Positions 58,907-64,000 of a stretch of DNA of 64,000 bases are shown one piece after another. Below the pieces are notes generated by a model that saw only the letters and a program-made list of their open reading frames with translations, searched no databases and had not been told where the DNA came from. Source of the stretch: an uncultured Bacillota bacterium. GTDB taxonomy: Bacteria > Bacillota > DTU025 > MWDF01. A program made the translations under genes and the position numbers. Within the stretch, counting starts at the first letter, position 1. Every line of letters begins with the position of its first letter. The stretch spans positions 22,831-86,830 of the forward strand of contig CAWGMK010000007.1 in the NCBI GenBank assembly GCA_963823655.1, given 5' to 3'.

Positions 58907-59807
58907 AAATCAAATCATCGGAGGTAAAGCAATGAAGAAGTATGTAGTGATCGTTCTTGTGGCCATGATGGTGACACTAGCCGGCGGAATCGCGTCCGCC
59001 GCGGACTTCAATGCTCTGGTCAGCACTTCCTGGCTGTCAGCCAACCTGACAACCCCCAATCTAGTGATCCTCGATATCCGTGCCGTCGCAGACTATAAGG
59101 CAAGCCACATCCCGGGCGCCGTAAACGTCATCTACGGGGCGCTTTCCGTAAAGAAGGGCGTTTTGGCAAATGAGATCCCCGACCTGGCAGACCTTCAGGA
59201 CATGCTGCAGGATGCCGGCATCAACAAGGACTCCACAGTAGTAATCTACAGCGCCAAGTATTCCAAGGTTGATTCCTTCGCAGGCATATATGACTCGCTT
59301 CGCATCTACTACACGCTCAAGTACGCAGGAGTCGCCAGCGTTGGCGTGCTCGACGGCGGCTTGGACAAGTGGGTCCTCGAGAAGAAGGCCGTTACTGCTG
59401 ACGCAACAGTGGTAAAGACCGGCAACTTCGAAGTCAAGGCGAACGAAGCCATAATGGCCACCAAGGAAGAAGTCCTGGCTGCAGTCGGCAAGGACGTCGT
59501 AATCGTAGACGTAAGGGATACCGCGACCTATGATACAAAGCATATCAAGGGCGCCGTAAGCGTCCCCTCCGCATTCGTATTCAACGATGACGGCACAATC
59601 AAATCAGCACAGGAGCTGGCCCTCTATTCCGTGCCCAAGATCGGCACCGACCTCAAGCAGGCTATCATCACCCATTGCGTAAGCGGGCGCACCTGCAACG
59701 CGTGGACCTTCGTCCTTCTTGAGATGCTGGGCTATAAGAACGTCGCAACATATGACGGATCATCACAGGAATTCCCGGCGATACCGAGCCTTCCGATGGT
59801 ACCGTAG
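58887..59807 (+). CDS. secreted tandem-rhodanese sulfurtransferase (likely start MKKYVV at about 58932)
   Basis: Signal peptide MKKYVVIVLVAMMVTLAGGIASA. Two rhodanese modules, with the active-site Cys in HCVSGRTC. Confidence 0.75.
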   Translation: MRAFCIKNQIIGGKAMKKYVVIVLVAMMVTLAGGIASAADFNALVSTSWLSANLTTPNLVILDIRAVADYKASHIPGAVNVIYGALSVKKGVLANEIPDLADLQDMLQDAGINKDSTVVIYSAKYSKVDSFAGIYDSLRIYYTLKYAGVASVGVLDGGLDKWVLEKKAVTADATVVKTGNFEVKANEAIMATKEEVLAAVGKDVVIVDVRDTATYDTKHIKGAVSVPSAFVFNDDGTIKSAQELALYSVPKIGTDLKQAIITHCVSGRTCNAWTFVLLEMLGYKNVATYDGSSQEFPAIPSLPMVP

Positions 59808-59883
59808 CCTAAACACAAGCGCCAATGATTAGGGCCTCCTCGTATAAATGAGGAGGCCCTTTCTATTGTAGAAGCCGTTATGA

Positions 59884-60585
59884 TTATCTTCCCAAGTACG
59901 CCTTCTTGACCATGGGATCTTTCGCCAGGTCCGAGCATTTAGCTTCCATCACAATGCGCCCTGTCTCAAGCACGTAGCCTCTGTGGGCGGTCTTAAGCGC
60001 CTGATACGCATTCTGCTCTACCAGAAGGATGGTGGCATCCTTTGCGATTTCGGCTATCTCCTTGTAGATCTCCTGGACAAGGACGGGGGCAAGGCCCATG
60101 GAGGGCTCGTCCATCAGTAGCAGCTTCGGCCTGGACATCATTGCGCGCCCGATGCAAAGCATCTGCTGTTCTCCTCCAGAAAGAGTACCAGCCATCTGCT
60201 CGCGCCTTTCCTTCAGCCTCGGGAAGATGTGGAAAACCCTATCCCTGTCCCCTTCTATCTGCTTATGGTCTTTCCTCAGGAAGGCTCCGAGCCTCAAATT
60301 CTGATCAACCGAAAGATCATAGAATATCTTGCGGCCTTCCGGAGCGTGGCCTATGCCTGCTGCTACGATGTTATGCGGGGCCATTTTGGCGATGTTGATA
60401 TCGTTGAAGCTCATGTTCCCGGACTGGGACTTCACTATTCCCGATATCGCCCTCAGCAGAGTCGACTTACCTGCCCCGTTGGCGCCTATTATGGTGACTA
60501 TCTCGCCCTCTTGCACGTTGATGGAGACCGAGTCCAGGGCGTGTATTCCGCCGTAGTAGACATGAAGGTTCTCAATCTTCAGCAT
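59884..60585 (-). CDS. livF: branched-chain amino acid ABC transporter ATP-binding protein
   Basis: GANGAGKSTLL Walker A, LSGGEQQML signature, 233 aa. Confidence 0.9.
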   Translation of the reverse strand: MLKIENLHVYYGGIHALDSVSINVQEGEIVTIIGANGAGKSTLLRAISGIVKSQSGNMSFNDINIAKMAPHNIVAAGIGHAPEGRKIFYDLSVDQNLRLGAFLRKDHKQIEGDRDRVFHIFPRLKERREQMAGTLSGGEQQMLCIGRAMMSRPKLLLMDEPSMGLAPVLVQEIYKEIAEIAKDATILLVEQNAYQALKTAHRGYVLETGRIVMEAKCSDLAKDPMVKKAYLGR

Positions 60586-61357
60586 CTTTTTGCTCCTCCC
60601 CGAGGTAAGCCTCGATTACTTTGGAATCGTTCTGGATTTCCGAGGGCGTGCCCTGTGTGAGGAGCTTGCCGAAGTTGAGCACGTACATGCGCTCGCATAT
60701 GTTCATGATTACGTCCATGTGGTGCTCAATAATCAGTATCGTGGTCGAGAATTCCTTCTTAACTTTGCGTATGAACTCTATCAGCTCTACGCACTCCTGG
60801 GGGTTCATGCCGGCTGCTGGCTCGTCCAGAAGCAGCAGAGCAGGCTTTAATGCCAAAGCCCTTGCAATCTCGACTCGCCTTTGCATCCCGTACGGGAGGC
60901 TCGCCGATACCTCATCCTTCCGGTCCAGGAGACCTACCATGCCAAGAAGCCTGATAGCCTCCTCATGGCACTCCTTCTCGCGCTTCTCATATAAGCCCGT
61001 GTGAAGGAATGAATCAAAGATGCTGTACGGTATCCTAAGATGCCCGGCAGTCCTGATGTTGTCGTAAACGCTCAAGCCCTTGAACAGCCTTATGTTCTGG
61101 AACGTCCTTACGACGCCAAGCTCGGCTATCTGATTCGGCCTCATGTTCACGATATTCTTGTCCTTGAATGTGATGATGCCGGTATCGGGCATGTAAACAC
61201 CCGTTATGAGGTTGAATACGGTAGTCTTGCCGGCTCCGTTGGGACCGATCAACCCTACTATTTCACCTTCGTCTACATGGAGGTTGACGCTGTCGACCGC
61301 TGTCAGGCCTCCGAACTTTATCGTAAGGTTCTCAACATTGAAAAACGACATGGTCAT
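60572..61357 (-). CDS. livG: branched-chain amino acid ABC transporter ATP-binding protein
   Basis: GPNGAGKTTVFN Walker A, LPYGMQRRVEIARAL signature, 261 aa. Confidence 0.9.
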   Translation of the reverse strand: MTMSFFNVENLTIKFGGLTAVDSVNLHVDEGEIVGLIGPNGAGKTTVFNLITGVYMPDTGIITFKDKNIVNMRPNQIAELGVVRTFQNIRLFKGLSVYDNIRTAGHLRIPYSIFDSFLHTGLYEKREKECHEEAIRLLGMVGLLDRKDEVSASLPYGMQRRVEIARALALKPALLLLDEPAAGMNPQECVELIEFIRKVKKEFSTTILIIEHHMDVIMNICERMYVLNFGKLLTQGTPSEIQNDSKVIEAYLGEEQKDAED

Positions 61358-62493
61358 ACCTCCTTCTTCGACGGTTTTCTAAATAGCCTGAAGTTCCTGA
61401 TGCTCTCCCATGTGATTTCCTTGCGGCCGATAAGGCCCTGCGGCCTCGTTAACATGATTATTAGGAACATCGCGGCATAGAATACGGTCCAGCCCCTCTT
61501 GATAAACGCGCCTGCCGCAGCCAAGCCCCAGCCTGTGAGGAGCGTTGCGGCGTTTCTGAATACCTCTGGAAGGAGCGTTATGCCGAAGGCGCCTGCGATC
61601 GACCCGGTAAGGCCGCCAATACCGCCGAGGATGACCATTGAGATGATCTCTACCGTCTTTGTGTAGTTGAATATCTCAGGATGCAGGTACATCATATAGT
61701 GCCCGATGAGCGCGCCGCCTATGCCCGCGAAGAAGGACGATATGACGAAAGCCAGCACCTTGAAGGTCGTCGTGTCGATACCGACCGAGCGCGCAGCTAT
61801 CTCGTCCTCCTTGACGGATACGAATGACCTGCCATGCTTCGAATGTACGAGGTTAGTTATGAGCCATATCGTGACGACAAGGGTAATCAGCACAACCGGC
61901 AGCGTAGATTGGAACGGCACTCCGGCGAGCCCCAGGCCGCCGCCTGTTAGCTCCGTAGTGTTGTTCAATATCGCCGTGATTATGTACTGGAAGCCCAGCG
62001 TAACGACCGACAGATAGTCGCCGACGAGCCTCAGCGACGGGAAGCCAATCAGGAAGCCCGCGATGCCGGCCAGCGTTCCTCCGGCAATAAGGGATGGCAG
62101 GAATGGCCAGCTCAGCTTCATCATGAGTATCGCTGATGTGTAGGCCCCTATGGCCATGAAACCGGCGTGCCCCATGCTGAACTGCCCGGTGAATCCCGCG
62201 ACCAGGTTCCAGCTGATGGCCAGTATCGCGTTGATGCAGAACAATGTGAGTATACCTATCGGATAGGCCTGAAGGTTGGCCTTAAGGAAGACCGCCAATC
62301 CCCACGCCACCAATATCTGGACTATAAGAGTGCCGAACCTCTTCAGAAATCCACTGCTCATGCCGTCACACCTTCTCTTTCGTGCCCTTGCCGAAAAGCC
62401 CTGAGGGCTTGAAGAGCAATACGAGCACCAGAAGTATGAATGCGATGGCGTCCTTGAAATTGGATGATATGTACCCAGCCCCGAAAGTCTCAA
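61354..62493 (-). CDS. livM: branched-chain amino acid ABC transporter permease (annotated N-terminus probably over-extended)
   Basis: LivM-type polytopic permease. The first about 40 residues are non-hydrophobic and overlap livH. Confidence 0.85.
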   Translation of the reverse strand: MRLSGLGTYHPISRTPSHSYFWCSYCSSSPQGFSARARKRRCDGMSSGFLKRFGTLIVQILVAWGLAVFLKANLQAYPIGILTLFCINAILAISWNLVAGFTGQFSMGHAGFMAIGAYTSAILMMKLSWPFLPSLIAGGTLAGIAGFLIGFPSLRLVGDYLSVVTLGFQYIITAILNNTTELTGGGLGLAGVPFQSTLPVVLITLVVTIWLITNLVHSKHGRSFVSVKEDEIAARSVGIDTTTFKVLAFVISSFFAGIGGALIGHYMMYLHPEIFNYTKTVEIISMVILGGIGGLTGSIAGAFGITLLPEVFRNAATLLTGWGLAAAGAFIKRGWTVFYAAMFLIIMLTRPQGLIGRKEITWESIRNFRLFRKPSKKEV

Positions 62494-63382
62494 GGAAACC
62501 TATCAGATACCCGCCGACATAGGCGCCTTGGATGCTGCCTATGCCTCCGAGGACGGCAGCCGAGAACGATTTAAGCCCGAAGAGGCCTCCTAATGAGGGA
62601 TTGACGCTGAACTTCATCCCTATCAGCAGGCCTGCCGTGCTTGCCATCACTCCTGCCAGGAAGAAGGTCACCGATATGGCCCCGTTTACGTTGATGCCCA
62701 TCAGCGACGCCGCATCGCGGTCCATGGACACGGCTTTAATGGAAAGCCCCGTAAGGGTCCTGTTCACAAAGAACCAGAGTGCCAGCATGAGTATCACTGC
62801 CCCGACTACGAGGAATATATCCACCGGAGGTATGAGTACTCCGCCGAATTCCAAGGGTATCCCGGACAGGATGCGAGGGTAAATGTGATAATCGGCGGAG
62901 AAATAAACCACTATGGCGTTCTCCACCAATAGTGATATTCCAATCGAAGTAATCAGCATGTTCAGCCGAGGCGCGTTCTTCAGGCGCAACGACCTGTATA
63001 TCCTTTGTTCCGTGAACATCGAGAAAAGCCCCGACAGCACCATGCTCAGACCCATGGCCACCGGGAAGGGAACGATCTTCTGAAGCGATATCATGAGTGC
63101 GATATAAGCACCGAGCGTAAGAATCGATCCGTGAGCGAAGTTAATGAACTTCAATACTCCGAACACGAGAGTATATCCTACAGCCACCAGGGCGTACACG
63201 CTGCCTATTGACAGCCCGTTCCACAGCTGTTGCAGAAATTCTCCCATAAACTCTCTCCTTCCGGCGCGAGCAGCAAATCGAGCATGCCTTCTCCGGGTTG
63301 GCCCAGGATTTGAGTCCGGCTTTGAATCTGCCAAAGACTCGACGGACGAGCGTCCGCGACTATGCTTCGGTGGCCCGCACAA
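62366..63382 (-). CDS. livH: branched-chain amino acid ABC transporter permease (true start probably MGEFLQQLWNG at about 63238)
   Basis: LivH-type permease. The N-terminal 48 residues of the ORF are Arg/Ser-rich and unlikely to be translated. Confidence 0.85.
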   Translation of the reverse strand: MCGPPKHSRGRSSVESLADSKPDSNPGPTRRRHARFAARAGRREFMGEFLQQLWNGLSIGSVYALVAVGYTLVFGVLKFINFAHGSILTLGAYIALMISLQKIVPFPVAMGLSMVLSGLFSMFTEQRIYRSLRLKNAPRLNMLITSIGISLLVENAIVVYFSADYHIYPRILSGIPLEFGGVLIPPVDIFLVVGAVILMLALWFFVNRTLTGLSIKAVSMDRDAASLMGINVNGAISVTFFLAGVMASTAGLLIGMKFSVNPSLGGLFGLKSFSAAVLGGIGSIQGAYVGGYLIGFLETFGAGYISSNFKDAIAFILLVLVLLFKPSGLFGKGTKEKV

Positions 63383-63389
63383 GAATCTA

Positions 63390-63438
63390 CTTCGTACAAA
63401 ATAAAGTGCCCCGCGGCCTACTTACCCGGCCGCAGGGC
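63390..63438 (-). terminator. intercistronic terminator/attenuator hairpin between the substrate-binding-protein gene and livH
   Basis: On the minus strand, GCCCTGCGGCC-GGGTAAGTA-GGCCGCGGGGC is followed by ACTTTATTTTGTAC. Confidence 0.45.
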
Positions 63439-63466
63439 ACGGCTGGGACTTGCTTTAACCCTGATA

Positions 63467-64000
63467 TTACGGATTTACTTTCTCAACGAATGTGAAGCCG
63501 TTGTCCTTGACCTTTACGACCAATACCGGTTTGTCGAGAGGGTTATGGGTCTTCGGGTCCATAGTGAAGGTGCCAGACGGTACGGAAATATTGCTTATGT
63601 TCTCTATTGCCGCCCTTATTGCTTCCGGCTCTGCGCTTCCGGCCTTCTTAATGGCTTCCGCGAGGACAATCATTGCCTCATAGGAGAAGCAGGCATTGGA
63701 GTTCGGCTCGGAGTTGAACTGCTTCCTGTACTTCACTGCGAACGCAAGTGCCTTCGGGTCCGGATCGTCATCGACGTACAGCGTGGTCAGATACAGGTTC
63801 TTCAAAGCATCCGGACCAGCTATTTCGATGATCTTCGGAGCATGGGTGGAGTCTCCGCCCATAAACGGGATGGTCGACATTCCAAGCTCCAGCATCTGGC
63901 GAAGTATCAGGCCGTTCGCGTCGTACGTGTTGGGCCCGATGATTACTTCGGGTTTGAGGCTCTTTATCTTTGTTAGCTGGGGTTTGAAGTCCTGGGTGGC
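63467..64000 (-). CDS. livK: branched-chain amino acid ABC transporter substrate-binding protein (partial; the N-terminus lies beyond the window end)
   Basis: The reading frame stays open to position 64000 (ATQDFKPQLTKIKSLKPEVIIGPNTYDANGLILRQMLELGMSTIPFMGG...), a LivK/LivJ-like periplasmic binding fold. Confidence 0.7.
   Translation of the reverse strand, partial: ATQDFKPQLTKIKSLKPEVIIGPNTYDANGLILRQMLELGMSTIPFMGGDSTHAPKIIEIAGPDALKNLYLTTLYVDDDPDPKALAFAVKYRKQFNSEPNSNACFSYEAMIVLAEAIKKAGSAEPEAIRAAIENISNISVPSGTFTMDPKTHNPLDKPVLVVKVKDNGFTFVEKVNP

Noticed and set aside
1-64000. rRNA or tRNA genes
   Set aside because: No stretch has rRNA-like conservation, and no cloverleaf-compatible 70-90 nt segment was seen in the few intergenic regions.

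Overview
This 64 kb window looks like a chromosomal segment of a moderately GC-rich (about 55%) bacterium, probably a Firmicutes/Clostridia-like anaerobe. The evidence is the synteny rpsF-ssb-rpsR-(yybS-like)-rplI-lon-like-dnaB, a split ATP-PRT (hisZ+hisG), and the pur operon order purE-C-S-Q-L-F-M-N-H-D. Almost all genes are on the minus strand.

Core content:
- A complete his operon, hisZ-G-D-C-B-H-A-F-IE, at 9.8-17.5 kb.
- A complete pur operon, purE-C-S-Q-L-F-M-N-H-D, at 23.4-34.2 kb, preceded by a ~495 nt structured leader.
- The rpsF-ssb-rpsR / rplI-lon-dnaB replication and ribosomal block at 45.8-51.8 kb.
- An arsenic-type resistance/redox cluster at 52-57.3 kb: arsR, ArsP-like permease, TlpA-like protein, ferredoxin, thioredoxin, acr3, arsC and a split permease.
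- A divergently transcribed multiheme cytochrome c plus rhodanese at 57.7-59.8 kb.
- A liv (branched-chain amino acid) ABC transporter at 59.9-64 kb.
- Peptidase and aldolase genes (M19 dipeptidase, HpcH aldolase, M20D amidohydrolase) at 6.5-9.6 kb.
- A putative heliorhodopsin at 5658-6443.

Accessory and unusual content:
- A ~3.4 kb low-GC island (about 2150-5650) bounded by two ~95 bp direct repeats, with a third partial copy. The repeat carries a tandem GCTTGACC motif and a conserved hairpin/terminator. The island encodes only uncharacterised proteins: a 269 aa + 60 aa pair, a 98 aa protein and a Sel1-like membrane-anchored protein. It sits next to a 548 aa secreted Cys/His-rich protein built from ~72 aa tandem repeats.
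- A second accessory islet between the his and pur operons (18.5-23.3 kb): a YerC-like regulator, a twice-frameshifted Fic gene, a frameshifted higB-like toxin overlapping an HTH-XRE/ImmA-peptidase gene, and a frameshifted GNAT.
- A HEPN-like (Rx4H)/CBS protein immediately downstream of dnaB.

Major caveat: the window contains about 15 apparent frameshifts, in-frame stops or missing stops. Many are in essential genes (purL, purQ x2, hisA, hisC, M20, cytochrome c; hisD-hisC and purF-purM read as fusions). At least one sits in a G/C homopolymer, so unpolished assembly indels are likely, and every pseudogene or fusion call is provisional.

No rRNA, tRNA or CRISPR arrays were found.
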